A stretch of DNA of 64,000 nt from an uncultured Gammaproteobacteria bacterium (GCA_964641355.1 CAZXND010000002.1:1005-65004); one strand, 5' to 3'. Shown: positions 9,215 through 19,952, numbered from the stretch's first letter. Numbers and translations: made by a program. The notes: generated from the sequence alone by a model not told the origin.

Positions 9215-10873
9215 CTACATCGCTTTGAGAAACTCTACAAAGAGAGGATGAGGATTGGTTGGTCTACTTTTATATTCAGGATGACCTTGAATTCCAAGAA
9301 AAAAGGGATGAACTTCTTTAGGAAGTTCGATCATTTCAACTAATCCTTCAACAACTGATTTTGCGGATATAACAAGCCCTGCGCGCTCAAAATTCTCTTC
9401 AAATTCTTTATTAAATTCATATCGATGTCTGTGTCTTTCAGACACAATACCCTTCTCTTTGTCAGAAAAACCCTTATGAGTTTCGAATACTTCCCATGCT
9501 CTTGTACCCTCCTTGACCTTTGCATCCCAAGCCCCGAGCCTCATAGTACCACCATAGGCTCGTCTCTCCATTATTTCTTTTTGCTTTGGAATCAAGTGAA
9601 TAACAGGGTGAATGGTTTCCTGATTGTTTTCCTGAGTGTTGGCATCTTTCCAACCCAACACGTCACGAGCGAATGAAACTACCGCAAGTTGCATTCCATA
9701 ACAAAGACCAAGATACGGAATTTTATTTTCTCGGGCATAAGAAATAGCATCTATCATACCCTCTGCTCCTCGCTCACCCCATCCGATAGGAACAATTATT
9801 CCATCAACCTTCCCGATTACTTCTGCACCTTCTTTTTTTACTTTTTCAGCGTCAACCCAAACTGTTTTAGTTTCAAGACAGACGTCCCATGCAGCATGAT
9901 CGATTGCATCAAATAATGCAGCATATGAATCTCTAAGCTTGTAATCTCCTGTTGCAAAGTATTTTCCGACAATCGCGATTGTTACTGTCTTCTTTTTAGG
10001 AGTTTTTATTTTAGCAATAAGATCCTTCCAGACAGAAAGGTTTGGTTCCTTCTCAACAAGTCCAAGACTCTTCATTATCTTTTTGGGCAAATCCTGCTCT
10101 GCTAAAACTAGAGGAATTTCATAGACACTTTCAACATCAGGTGATGAGATTATGTGTCCAGGTCTTACGTTACAAAAAAGCGCAAATCTATCAAGCCTTC
10201 TTTGATCAAGCTTCTTTTCAGATCTGGCAATTATAAAATCAGGCTGAATTCCCATCGAATTTAGCGCCTTAACTGAAAGTTGAGTTGGTTTTGTTTTGGG
10301 TTCTCCAAGATGCGCTGGCGCTGGAACATAACTTACATGCACATGAATCACATCTCCTGGCTTTCTTAGAGTCAAAATTCTTGAAGCTTCATAATAAAGC
10401 ACATTTTGATACTCCCCTGCTGTTCCACCAAGCTCCACCAAAACAACATCCGCGTGAACCTTTTTTGTGACCTTCTCTATTCTTTGAATAATTTCATCCG
10501 TAACGTGCGGAATAGCTTCAACATCTTCTCCGTTATATTCAAATCTTCTTTCACGCTCAATTACAGTATTGTAAATTTTTCCCATGGTTACGAAATTATC
10601 ACTTCCCATGTCTTCGTTAAGATATTTTTCGTAGGAACCGATGTCCATGTCGGCTTCTGTTCCGTCATCACATAAAAAGGGATCACCGTGCTCTATTGGG
10701 TTAATTGTTCCAGAATCAAGATTAAGATAGTTTTCAAACTTTATAGGGGCGACTTTATATCCTGCACTTTTGAGTAGAAGGGCGATGGAGGCAACCGTAA
10801 TTCCCTTACCTATTCCAGAAATTACGCCACCAGAAACAAAAATATACTTTGTGCGAGAGTTTTTGAGCGGCAC
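9215..10873 (-). CDS. pyrG: CTP synthase
   Basis: KYIFVSGGVISGIGKG, KTKPTQ, GLCYGMQ, ERHRHRYE, GHPE. Confidence 0.97.
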   Translation of the reverse strand: MPLKNSRTKYIFVSGGVISGIGKGITVASIALLLKSAGYKVAPIKFENYLNLDSGTINPIEHGDPFLCDDGTEADMDIGSYEKYLNEDMGSDNFVTMGKIYNTVIERERRFEYNGEDVEAIPHVTDEIIQRIEKVTKKVHADVVLVELGGTAGEYQNVLYYEASRILTLRKPGDVIHVHVSYVPAPAHLGEPKTKPTQLSVKALNSMGIQPDFIIARSEKKLDQRRLDRFALFCNVRPGHIISSPDVESVYEIPLVLAEQDLPKKIMKSLGLVEKEPNLSVWKDLIAKIKTPKKKTVTIAIVGKYFATGDYKLRDSYAALFDAIDHAAWDVCLETKTVWVDAEKVKKEGAEVIGKVDGIIVPIGWGERGAEGMIDAISYARENKIPYLGLCYGMQLAVVSFARDVLGWKDANTQENNQETIHPVIHLIPKQKEIMERRAYGGTMRLGAWDAKVKEGTRAWEVFETHKGFSDKEKGIVSERHRHRYEFNKEFEENFERAGLVISAKSVVEGLVEMIELPKEVHPFFLGIQGHPEYKSRPTNPHPLFVEFLKAM

Positions 10874-10903
10874 GATTTATAATATCAAAATCACCCACTA
10901 GTG

Positions 10904-11872
10904 TCAAATTGCCTTATTTTTCCCTCTAGTTGCCCAGAGTGTCAAAAAAACCTTCTTATTGAGTAAGGCTATATCTTTTACTCTGAGAGTTGAGATTTCT
11001 CTTTTGCTCCTCATTCCATTTCCTAAAGTTATATGAGCTCCCAAAAGATCAAACCCACCTGTCTGCAAAATATCTAACATTTCAATTAATGAATTTGCAG
11101 GATAACTCGTAGGGTCATGGTGAAACTCCATTACGATCTCTTCTACCTGTTTTAACTTTCCTGATTTTGCCAACTCACGCATAACATATCCCTCCGACCC
11201 CTCAATATCCACTTTTAATAAGTCTATTTTTTCTTCTTCGGTAATTAAATCTGATAATTTTACTTTTGGAATATCAACAAAATACTCATCAGGAGTAACT
11301 TGTGCGCTTCTCAATTCTATATAATCTTGAGTATGCCATCCACTTCTTGGTCCATGTAAATGAAGACTTGCACTTCCATTCAGATCTCCCATAACAGCTG
11401 CATTAATTATCTGAACATTTTTTAGTCTCCTACGCATTGAATTTTCCCGCATAACATTCACAGTTGCAGGATTAGCTTCAACAATCGTTACTCGTGCATC
11501 TGGTGCTCTGTGTTTCCAATAAAGAACAGAGTATATGCCAGGATCTCCTCCTAAATCTATCACTTTGGGTGAATTTGTATTTGGTTGCCAACTTTTATAT
11601 TCTCCTCTTACAAAGATTTCAGAAAATATGTATCCAATTTCTATCATACGCTGTATATAGACAAACGGCCGAACAAGTCTTAAATTCCTCGTCTTACGAT
11701 GCATACCTTCCATCTGAGATAGATCTTCTTGAGCTATTTTTCTCAAAACCCATGTAAATTCTCTTGGAAAGTCAGATTTTTTTCCAACTTTCTCAAAGGC
11801 ATTCACTGATCTAACAAGTTCCACTAAATTAGCCACAGCGAGTATTATACATAAGTTAACTTCACCAAACAA
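10904..11872 (-). CDS. FkbM-family SAM methyltransferase (start uncertain)
   Basis: VIDLGGDPGIYS, VEANP, IDLLKVDIEGSE, MEFH. Confidence 0.8.
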   Translation of the reverse strand: MFGEVNLCIILAVANLVELVRSVNAFEKVGKKSDFPREFTWVLRKIAQEDLSQMEGMHRKTRNLRLVRPFVYIQRMIEIGYIFSEIFVRGEYKSWQPNTNSPKVIDLGGDPGIYSVLYWKHRAPDARVTIVEANPATVNVMRENSMRRRLKNVQIINAAVMGDLNGSASLHLHGPRSGWHTQDYIELRSAQVTPDEYFVDIPKVKLSDLITEEEKIDLLKVDIEGSEGYVMRELAKSGKLKQVEEIVMEFHHDPTSYPANSLIEMLDILQTGGFDLLGAHITLGNGMRSKREISTLRVKDIALLNKKVFLTLWATRGKNKAI

Positions 11873-11901
11873 ACAACTATTTTCTATGTTTGAGAGGAAG
11901 A

Positions 11902-12756
11902 TTAAATTTCTAAGTACGCTACGAGAGGTTTGTGGTCAGACCCATCTAACGATAACTTTTCACATTTTGAAGATGAAATATTTTTTACCCATAGGTAGTC
12001 TAGCTTTTTTCTAATATGAACTTGGAGCTTTTTTATTAGAAATTCTAAAACCTTTCTTCCTTTGACTAAGTTAATATTGTTTAAATCCGCAGTCCATCCA
12101 GTATCTTTTGAAATGTCTCTAAATTCTCCACCCATAACCTCCTTGTGCATTACCATTTCTTTTCCGCTTTCTAGCAAATCAAAACTATTGAAATCCCCAC
12201 AAACTATTTCGTGATAAAACTTATTTTTTTGTAAATTATTCATTAAATATTCAAGTTGTCTTTTTCTATTTTTCAAACCCCCATTTTGATCGAGGTGTAC
12301 ATTAGTCACTCTAACCTTCTTTGTATTAGTGAGCTCGAAACAGCCAATTATTACCCTCCTCTGAAAAGATTCCATAACACCACCCACAATCCATGAGAAA
12401 ACTTTCTCATGAATTGCTAAAGTGGAATATTTAGGAAGAAACACTTTCTGTTCGCTTTCTAGCTTTAGTACCTTTGTATTCCAAATAATGCAGTTACCCA
12501 TTCCCAATATAGATTTTTCTGCGCCGAGATTACAGATAGCCTTCCACTCCCCACCTAATTCTTTCAATAACATGTCCACCATAAAGGTTTTACCAGGACC
12601 CCAAACGACCTCTTGCAAACAAAATAGGGACACACCCTTATTTGTCATATTTATAATATTATCTATCAGCCTCTCTCGATTAATAGAAAACTGAATATTA
12701 TAAGTGGCAATTATTAATTCTTTTTTTGCTTTTATATTTATATTATACCTTTCCAA
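11902..12756 (-). CDS. Endonuclease/exonuclease/phosphatase (EEP) family protein
   Basis: ATYNI, CLQEV, NVHLD, CGDFN, LDYLW, SDHKPL. Confidence 0.9.
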   Translation of the reverse strand: MERYNINIKAKKELIIATYNIQFSINRERLIDNIINMTNKGVSLFCLQEVVWGPGKTFMVDMLLKELGGEWKAICNLGAEKSILGMGNCIIWNTKVLKLESEQKVFLPKYSTLAIHEKVFSWIVGGVMESFQRRVIIGCFELTNTKKVRVTNVHLDQNGGLKNRKRQLEYLMNNLQKNKFYHEIVCGDFNSFDLLESGKEMVMHKEVMGGEFRDISKDTGWTADLNNINLVKGRKVLEFLIKKLQVHIRKKLDYLWVKNISSSKCEKLSLDGSDHKPLVAYLEI

Positions 12757-13546
12757 CTAGATGACTTCTTATAACAGAACGCAAAGATCTCATAGATTCA
12801 ACTATATCCTCTTGCAATGTCGTTATCGCAACCATTGGTATTGTTCTCCTCCTAGTTATCGCCTCTAAAATAGACTCGCAGTTGTAAACACTAATTCCAT
12901 AACCAACGCCTTCAGTATGCGCATCAGTATTCCCCACTAAAGCTCCCAGCTTTGGATTATTTACGTTTGTCCTAATAAAATCACTTAGCTTTAAACTACC
13001 CGACTTAAACACTACACCTTTTCTACTAATTCTATGCAACCTCGCTTCATTCGCATTAAAAACTTCAATACCATCCATATACAAATTTTCATCGTCCGAA
13101 TTAATAACTTCTCTCAGCAAGTCCAATGATACAGAAGAAGCTATTTTTAAACCCGGATGTGCTATTATTGCAAGCCCATTTTGTTTATGAATCTTTTTTA
13201 ACGTATCTTCTAATGATAAACCTGGCTCTATCTCACTGACTACATTAAGTGCTAATACGTGCCCATCTTTTGAAGAAACTTCAACCCCGGGAATAATCTC
13301 AATAGGTAATTTTTTTTGTGCAACATAATCCACTGCGATACTTGAAGAGGTAATTACATTATGGTCTGTAACCGCAATGGCATCAATACCCGTTGAGATA
13401 GCGAAATCAACCATTTTCTCGGGAGATAGAGTCCCATCTGTCCAGTTCGTATGCAAATGTAAATCTGCTCTTTTATAATTCTCCATTCCACCAAATTGAG
13501 TAGGACGTGGAAGACATACCGGTCTATATTCTCTATGTTCATGCAT
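12743..13546 (-). CDS. PHP-domain phosphoesterase (alternative start 13486)
   Basis: DLHLHTNWTDG, AVTDHN, GVEVS, GHVL, IAHP, NTDAH. Confidence 0.9.
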   Translation of the reverse strand: MHEHREYRPVCLPRPTQFGGMENYKRADLHLHTNWTDGTLSPEKMVDFAISTGIDAIAVTDHNVITSSSIAVDYVAQKKLPIEIIPGVEVSSKDGHVLALNVVSEIEPGLSLEDTLKKIHKQNGLAIIAHPGLKIASSVSLDLLREVINSDDENLYMDGIEVFNANEARLHRISRKGVVFKSGSLKLSDFIRTNVNNPKLGALVGNTDAHTEGVGYGISVYNCESILEAITRRRTIPMVAITTLQEDIVESMRSLRSVIRSHLVGKV

Positions 13547-13549
13547 AAT

Positions 13550-14635
13550 TTAAGTATTAGAATATGTAAGTCTCAGCCGTTTACAAAACTGAATTAATTG
13601 CGATACTATTTCTGGTTGCTTTGTAAACAAAGATATCTCCTCTGTCCCCAGCTTTACGAATAGTTCATCAAAATTATGAGATCCGATTATGGCAGAGTGA
13701 TCCCCAAGCAATAAAGCTTTTGCATGAATAATGCCTGGATATCTATTTACTCTGAATAGAGGCTTTTGTTGTCTTAAGTTGTGAACCTTCTGAGACATTC
13801 TCGGAGTAAATCCTAATTGGTCTTCTTGCGATGTAACAACACTAACATCTACACCCCTAATTACCGCTCTATTTAGTGCTTTTCTCAAATTTCCAGAAGG
13901 CAGAAAAGGTGATACTAAGGTGATGCTTTCATCTTCCTTAAGGATCTCATTATATGCGTATTCCATAATAATCGAATCGCTTCGCCTTCCTTCATCCACT
14001 AACAAGACATTATTAATATCACAGACATAAATCATATTTGATACAAATGACTCTTGAAAAGATCCATTAAAGACTACTGAAAGATTTTCCACTAAAGCAG
14101 GGTTATTTGTCTTTACCATGAAATCCATCCTTTGTGCGTCAAGAGGAGTCTGGTTTACGCCACCTATATAGGCATTGTCATCAATTATAGAAATTTTTTT
14201 ATGATCCCTTCCCCATACAATGCTTAAGGGAACGTGACGAAAAAAATTTCCCAACCTATTAGTTTGAAAAGTCCAACAATATCTACTTAGTGAATCGAGT
14301 ATTTTTTTTTGCTCTTCGCGAACAAATTTCATATAGTTCTTCTGCTTCCCCAAATAAGGTAGTTGATTAAAGGCATTATCAGTAATAAATTCAGAGTATG
14401 TATCGTATAAAATTTTTACATCTACGCCTCTATTGCTCGCCTCAATCAATCGTTTTGCTAATAGATTTGTAAAATGTCCAGATTCTAAGGCCATAGTCTG
14501 TATCCATACCCTTTCTTTCGCCTTCTGAATTTCTATCAGTTGATCTGTAAGAAAATCAACGGTCTCATATATATTATAGGTTATTTTTTCTCTTTTAAAT
14601 ATTTCAAACATTCTGATATCACTAGCTTTTTCCAT
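13550..14635 (-). CDS. Phospholipase D superfamily protein, cardiolipin-synthase-like (two HKD-type motifs)
   Basis: RDHKKISIID..AYIGGVN and IHAKALLLGD..AIIGSHN; RGVDV in both halves. ATG 14635 lies 6 nt after TATAAT. Confidence 0.85.
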   Translation of the reverse strand: MEKASDIRMFEIFKREKITYNIYETVDFLTDQLIEIQKAKERVWIQTMALESGHFTNLLAKRLIEASNRGVDVKILYDTYSEFITDNAFNQLPYLGKQKNYMKFVREEQKKILDSLSRYCWTFQTNRLGNFFRHVPLSIVWGRDHKKISIIDDNAYIGGVNQTPLDAQRMDFMVKTNNPALVENLSVVFNGSFQESFVSNMIYVCDINNVLLVDEGRRSDSIIMEYAYNEILKEDESITLVSPFLPSGNLRKALNRAVIRGVDVSVVTSQEDQLGFTPRMSQKVHNLRQQKPLFRVNRYPGIIHAKALLLGDHSAIIGSHNFDELFVKLGTEEISLFTKQPEIVSQLIQFCKRLRLTYSNT

Positions 14636-14739
14636 AGTCATATTATACACCAAAATATGGGATACTTGGGTAATCTAATATTGTTTGTTATGTTAAATCA
14701 ATATATTGACTTCCAAAAAAAATGTGATAAAAAAAATTT

Positions 14740-15402
14740 ATGTCTTTCCAGGAAAGAATAGATGACGCAAGAAGAGAAATTAATAGGGAAGTTGCTCTAA
14801 AGAAAAGGGAAAGTGCTCTACAAGAAGAGGAGATTAAAAAGCTAATGGACGAAGGGATGAATGCGGCTCGTAATCGACAAGCAGACCGTTATCTCGAGCT
14901 TGAAGCAACAGGATTAATTGATCTAATTGAGGAAGTTACATACCATCGCATTATCGTTTCACGTCCAGTCCCACCAGGGGAGCAAGAGAAAACTTCACAA
15001 GGATTTGATCCGAAATTCAGGATAATAAATAGAGAAGATACTAAAAGAATAATTGACGAAGCAAGCAATGCAATGCAGTGGGGTGTAACCACCTCAACTC
15101 CCTCACTTAATGAGCGAGGAGTCTGGGATACATCCCTTAAAATATTTATAACTAAACGAGAAACATTCTTTGGTAGTCCTTCCGAAACAACTTTCATTTT
15201 TTACCATGACCCTAGCAAGAGACTTAGAATAAGCGGAAGACAAACAACCTTCTGGGGACCGGTTCCAGAGGGAGATGAAGGAAAAAAAGTACTCGAAAAT
15301 TCCTTAGCAAAAGCATTTGCCGATCCTTTCATACATAGATATACATCTAAGGAAGTTCCACCACATTCACACTTCGGGCCTGATCAAAAGATTAGATATT
15401 AA
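14740..15402 (+). CDS. Hypothetical protein with N-terminal coiled coil
   Basis: 220-aa ORF filling the gap; no recognised motif. Confidence 0.65.
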   Translation: MSFQERIDDARREINREVALKKRESALQEEEIKKLMDEGMNAARNRQADRYLELEATGLIDLIEEVTYHRIIVSRPVPPGEQEKTSQGFDPKFRIINREDTKRIIDEASNAMQWGVTTSTPSLNERGVWDTSLKIFITKRETFFGSPSETTFIFYHDPSKRLRISGRQTTFWGPVPEGDEGKKVLENSLAKAFADPFIHRYTSKEVPPHSHFGPDQKIRY

Positions 15403-15423
15403 AATGACCAAACTATAAATATG

Positions 15424-15495
15424 AGCGGCGGACCGGATTCGAACCGGCGACCTCTTCCTTGGGAAGGAAGCATTCTACCACTGAACTACCACCGC
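15424..15495 (-). tRNA. tRNA-Gly (anticodon CCC), CCA not encoded
   Basis: Acceptor GCGGTGG/CCGCCGC; D arm GTTCAGTGGTAGAAT; anticodon arm CTTCC-TTCCCAA-GGAAG; T loop GGTTCGAATCC. Confidence 0.95.
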
Positions 15496-15511
15496 ACGAT
15501 ACATATTATAC

Positions 15512-16012
15512 TTAATGCAAATCTAAGTGTCTCTCAATATAAAAAGTCGTTTTGGCAGCACTTGGCAAGGTTATTCGGAAAGGATTAGGCTTTGGTACAA
15601 AGCCCTCATCATCATTCCTTGGCAATCTAAACCATCTAAGAATTTGTATACGATCTTGAATTAACTCAGGCTCACCTAAATATCTTCTACCTTCAAAACC
15701 AAAAGAAATTTCATATGCATTTTTAAATTTTTTAATAAAGTCTTTATTTTCCCAGAAACCGCTACGTACTTTATTTATCTCAACACCAAGAAGATATAAT
15801 TCATTATCTTCAAAAGTTCTTTCTTCTCTATCGAAATTAAGTCCAGGTCTAATAGGTGGAATTGAATTATCACTTAGTGAATTCAGTACAAATTCTAATG
15901 AAACCCTGCCTGACAACCTAACATGTTGTCCCACAATACGTTCATCAGCTTCCATAGTTTTTTCAAAAGGAGAAAACGAAATACTAGGCGGTAAAGATAG
16001 TCTTTCTATCAT
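15512..16012 (-). CDS. Hypothetical protein
   Basis: 166-aa ORF abutting the LysM gene; no recognised motif. Confidence 0.6.
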   Translation of the reverse strand: MIERLSLPPSISFSPFEKTMEADERIVGQHVRLSGRVSLEFVLNSLSDNSIPPIRPGLNFDREERTFEDNELYLLGVEINKVRSGFWENKDFIKKFKNAYEISFGFEGRRYLGEPELIQDRIQILRWFRLPRNDDEGFVPKPNPFRITLPSAAKTTFYIERHLDLH

Positions 16013-16393
16013 CTATTTATTAGGAATCTTAAGGACCATCCCTTCAGTAATACTATCAGGACTTGATAGGTTATTTGCTTGAGCTATATCTATCCAACGA
16101 AACCCATCCCCATATACACTTACTGCAACATCCCAAAGACCTTCTCCGGCTTTAACAGTGTAACTATTTCCATTAAATTTTTCCTTTGCTTTTTGAGAGG
16201 TTGACTCTGTTTTTACACCTCTGGTTTCAGTTGAAACAGGCTTTTGTCTTTTTGAGAGAAGCAAAACACTTGAAAGGATTAAGGAAAGAACAACCGTCAC
16301 GGTAACCATTCCATATAGAAGGCTCTTGAATGAATCCGTCGACTCAAGGGGAGAAGGAATATTTGTATTTTCTCTTTTTTTTAATTTAACCAT
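16013..16393 (-). CDS. Membrane-anchored LysM domain protein
   Basis: One TM helix, then YTVKAGEGLWDVAVSVYGDGFRWIDIAQANNLSSPDSITEGMVLKIP. Confidence 0.9.
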   Translation of the reverse strand: MVKLKKRENTNIPSPLESTDSFKSLLYGMVTVTVVLSLILSSVLLLSKRQKPVSTETRGVKTESTSQKAKEKFNGNSYTVKAGEGLWDVAVSVYGDGFRWIDIAQANNLSSPDSITEGMVLKIPNK

Positions 16394-16428
16394 TTTTATT
16401 AACGTGCCTACATTATTAAAATAACTTG

Positions 16429-16502
16429 CGGGAGTGACGGGGCTCGAACCCGCGACCTCTTCCGTGACAGGGAAGCGCTCTAGCCAACTGAGCTACACCC
16501 CC
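16429..16502 (-). tRNA. tRNA-Asp (anticodon GTC), CCA not encoded
   Basis: Acceptor GGGGGTG/CACTCCC; anticodon arm CTTCC-CTGTCAC-GGAAG; GGTTCGAGCCC; discriminator G. Confidence 0.95.
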
Positions 16503-16541
16503 AAGTTTGCAAATCAAACTCAGGCTAAGGTGAACGTTGTA

Positions 16542-16584
16542 ATTGTACAGAATTATTGAAGCAAGGTCAATCTCGTGGTAACAT
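16542..16584. promoter_or_regulatory. Overlapping divergent promoters for tRNA-Asp and polX
   Basis: Minus strand: TTGACC (16570-16565), 17 nt, TACAAT (16547-16542). Plus strand: TTGAAG (16556-16561), 17 nt, TGn-TAACAT (16579-16584). Confidence 0.55.
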
Positions 16585-16597
16585 AAGTTGAGTATAA

Positions 16598-18376
16598 ATG
16601 CACACTTTTAGCAATCAAGATATCGCTCGACTTTTCAGAAACGTAGCCGCGGCTTACTCCATAAAGAATGAAGCAAAGTATAGATTCCAAATAATTGCAT
16701 ATACAAAGGCCTCAGATATTATTTCGGGAATGAATACGGAAATCAAAGATTTGCTTTATGAAGGAAAATTAAAAGTCCCCGGGGTTGGAACCTCCATGAT
16801 GACACATATCGAAGAACTGTTTGAAACAGGACAAGTAACACACTTTGAGACAGTTATGAAGGAAATTCCAAAATCTGTTTTTGTTCTACTTGATGTGCCT
16901 TCTTTTGGTCCAAAAAGAGCTTTTAAAATAGTTGACGCTCTTAAGCTTGAAAACGCAAATACCATAATCGAGGATGTTGAACGCGCAGCAAGTGAAGGAA
17001 AAATTGCTCCACTAGATGGATTTGGCGAAAAATCCCAGGAAGACATTTTAAAAGCTCTACAGGAATATAAAGTAGGAAAAACAAAATCCAGAAGAATGGT
17101 ATTACCCTACGCTTTCGATATTTCAGAAAAGATCATTTCTTATCTTAAAAAGTCTCCATATGTAAGGCAGATTTATCCTCTAGGAAGTCTGAGACGCATG
17201 ATGTCTACTGTTGGAGATGTAGATATTGCGGTTGACTCTGATCACCCAGAAGAGGTTTTAAATTATTTTGTTAAGTACCCAGGTATCGAAAGAGTTCTAT
17301 CAAAAGGAGATGCAAAATCCTCTATAAACGTTTCGGGTGGAAGACAAGTGGATCTTATGATTCAGCCACCTGATGCATTCGGATCACTCCTTCAGCATTT
17401 TACTGGCTCAAAGCATCATAACGTGGCTCTTCGCGAATATGCGCTAAAAAAGGGAATGTCACTATCTGAATATGGAATAAAAGTTAGGGAAAAAGGTAAA
17501 GAGGTTCAAAAGAAATTTGAGCTTGAAAAGGATTTTTACAAATTCATTGGTCTTGAATTTATCCCACCGGAAATTAGAGAAAACCAAGGAGAAATAGAGC
17601 TTGCAGCAAAAAATACTCTCCCACGTCTTATCGAGCTAAGCGATATGAAGGGTGATCTACATATTCACTCAAGCTACCCAATAGAACCGAGTCATGATCT
17701 TGGAAAAAATACAATGGAGGAAATGCTTGAGAGAGCTATATCACTTAAATATGAATATCTTGCATTTTCAGAACACAATCCAAGCGTTGGAAATCATACA
17801 AAAGACGAAATCTATAGAATATTAGAAACAAGACTTAAAACTATTGAAAAACTTCGCGATAAATACAAAGGAAAAATAAAAATAATAAACCTCATGGAAA
17901 CAGACATCCTTGCGAGTGGAGAATTAGCATTAGACGACAAAGCTCTGTCTTTTCTTGATGCCACGATTGCCTCAATTCATAGCGTCTTCTCAACTCCAAA
18001 AGAAGAAATGACAAAGAGGGTTCTTTACGGCCTTGAGAATCCTAAGGTCAAAGTATTTGCTCATCCATCAGGAAGACTCCTCAACAGTCGCGCTGGATAC
18101 GAACTAGATTGGGAAAAGCTTTTTAAATTCGTTGTGAAGAGGAATTTAGCTCTTGAAATAAATGCATGGCCAACAAGACTTGATCTCTCCGATACTTTAG
18201 TAAAGCAAGCAAAAGACATGGGAGCAAAATTTGTAATTGACACAGACAGCCATGCTGTACATCATATGGATAATATGTTTTACGGAGTAGCGGTAGCAAG
18301 GCGTGGCTGGTGTGAAACAAAAGACATTTGGAATGCCCAACCTTTTGAAAAATTCAACTCTTGGATTAAAAGTTGA
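16598..18376 (+). CDS. polX: DNA polymerase X with C-terminal PHP domain
   Basis: HhH motifs (VPGVG, LDGFGEKS), GSLRR...GDVDI, HFTGSKHHN, PPEIRE; PHP motifs GDLHIHS, AHP, TDSH. Confidence 0.95.
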   Translation: MHTFSNQDIARLFRNVAAAYSIKNEAKYRFQIIAYTKASDIISGMNTEIKDLLYEGKLKVPGVGTSMMTHIEELFETGQVTHFETVMKEIPKSVFVLLDVPSFGPKRAFKIVDALKLENANTIIEDVERAASEGKIAPLDGFGEKSQEDILKALQEYKVGKTKSRRMVLPYAFDISEKIISYLKKSPYVRQIYPLGSLRRMMSTVGDVDIAVDSDHPEEVLNYFVKYPGIERVLSKGDAKSSINVSGGRQVDLMIQPPDAFGSLLQHFTGSKHHNVALREYALKKGMSLSEYGIKVREKGKEVQKKFELEKDFYKFIGLEFIPPEIRENQGEIELAAKNTLPRLIELSDMKGDLHIHSSYPIEPSHDLGKNTMEEMLERAISLKYEYLAFSEHNPSVGNHTKDEIYRILETRLKTIEKLRDKYKGKIKIINLMETDILASGELALDDKALSFLDATIASIHSVFSTPKEEMTKRVLYGLENPKVKVFAHPSGRLLNSRAGYELDWEKLFKFVVKRNLALEINAWPTRLDLSDTLVKQAKDMGAKFVIDTDSHAVHHMDNMFYGVAVARRGWCETKDIWNAQPFEKFNSWIKS

Positions 18377-18421
18377 AGCAAATAATTTGACTTTGGGCAT
18401 AGCGTGTGACAAAATATATTC

Positions 18422-18976
18422 ATGAGTTTGCCAGTATGGATTGCACTTGGAGTAATAATCGTCGCCATTCTCTTCATATGGATGACCTACAACTCCCTCA
18501 TCGTCCTTCGCGAAAGAATAAAAGAGGCTTTATCTTCAATCGACATTCAACTTAAAAGACGTGTTGATCTTATTCCTAATCTTATAGAAACAGTAAAGGG
18601 CTATGCAAAACACGAAAAAGAGGTTTTTGAAAAGGTAACAGCTGCAAGAAGTTCTTTAATGAATGCAGAATCCCCAGTCGAGAAAGCAAAAGCAGAAAAT
18701 ATGCTTGAAAAGACACTTAAGTCTCTTTTTGCCGTAGCAGAAGCATACCCAGATCTTAAAGCAAGCAATAACTTTTTGGAGCTGCAAGAAGAATTATCAG
18801 ATACAGAGAATAAGATTGCCTATTCAAGACAATTTTACAATGCAAATGTCTTAGAATATAATTCAAAACTTAAAACTTTCCCAACTGTAGTAATCGCCAA
18901 TTTCTTCTCCTTTAAGGAAGAAGAATTCTTCGCTGCAACAGAGGAAGAAAAAAAGAGCATCAAAGTTAGTTTTTAA
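18422..18976 (+). CDS. lemA: LemA family protein
   Basis: [49 protein letters not shown]. Confidence 0.95.
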   Translation: MSLPVWIALGVIIVAILFIWMTYNSLIVLRERIKEALSSIDIQLKRRVDLIPNLIETVKGYAKHEKEVFEKVTAARSSLMNAESPVEKAKAENMLEKTLKSLFAVAEAYPDLKASNNFLELQEELSDTENKIAYSRQFYNANVLEYNSKLKTFPTVVIANFFSFKEEEFFAATEEEKKSIKVSF

Positions 18977-19003
18977 TCCAAAAGCTCCTTCCCTGCTTTT
19001 CAT

Positions 19004-19903
19004 ATGACTATTTACAATTCAATTTCATCAAACAAAAGGAAAACGTTTTTTATAATTGTTTTCTTCATTATTTTTATTGCAACAGTCTCATATATCTTAT
19101 CTCGAGCGCTTGGATATGGACTTTCTTTTGTTGGAGTAATGCTAGTAATTTCGGGACTTATGTCATTTTTCTCATATTACTACTCCGATAAGATTGTCCT
19201 TTCTATGTCAGGAGCAAAACCGGCAACAAAGGAAGAATTTCCCGATCTTTTCAATATAGTTGAAAACTTAACAATTGCATCAGGAGTTCCTATGCCAAAA
19301 GTATTTATAATTGATGACCCAGCGCCTAATGCATTTGCAACCGGACGCGACCCAAAACATGCAGTTGTTGCCGCAACAACTGGCATTTTGTCGATTCTTA
19401 AAAAAGCTGAACTCGAGGGAGTCATGGCACACGAACTTTCACACGTCAAAAATTATGATACAAGACTTATGGGTGTTGTCGCTATTCTTGCAGGATCAGT
19501 CGCTCTTCTAGCAGATTTTTTTATGAGAAGTCTTTGGATGAGAGGGGATGATGACGACAGAAATGGAAATACTTTAATATTTATCGCCGCAATTTTGGTA
19601 TCAATTTTAGCGCCAATTGTCGCAACTCTAATTCAACTTGCTATTTCTCGAAGAAGAGAGTTTTTAGCAGATGCCGACGGTGCACTTCTCACTCGATACC
19701 CTGAGGGACTTGCATTAGCGCTTGAAAAAATTTCATCCGATCCCAAAATTCTTAGAAGCGCAAGCGTTGCAACTGCTCACTTTTTCATAGAAGATCCATT
19801 TAAAGCAGATGCTGAAAAAAGAAGTAAGTCGTCTTGGTTTGTTAATCTTTTCAACACACATCCTCCGATTGAAGAGCGAGTAAAGATACTTCGCTCGATG
19901 TAA
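19004..19903 (+). CDS. htpX: HtpX-like M48 zinc metalloprotease
   Basis: PNAFATGRDP, AHELSH (HExxH), SRRREFLAD, THPP. Confidence 0.93.
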   Translation: MTIYNSISSNKRKTFFIIVFFIIFIATVSYILSRALGYGLSFVGVMLVISGLMSFFSYYYSDKIVLSMSGAKPATKEEFPDLFNIVENLTIASGVPMPKVFIIDDPAPNAFATGRDPKHAVVAATTGILSILKKAELEGVMAHELSHVKNYDTRLMGVVAILAGSVALLADFFMRSLWMRGDDDDRNGNTLIFIAAILVSILAPIVATLIQLAISRRREFLADADGALLTRYPEGLALALEKISSDPKILRSASVATAHFFIEDPFKADAEKRSKSSWFVNLFNTHPPIEERVKILRSM

Positions 19904-19952
19904 TTTTTTCTCCACCTATTCGAGAGATAGCGAGTTGAACTATAATATATTT

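Noticed and set aside
10874-16502. Prophage or integrative element at tRNA-Gly/tRNA-Asp
   Set aside because: No integrase, transposase or phage genes, and I saw no duplicated tRNA 3' end (att site).
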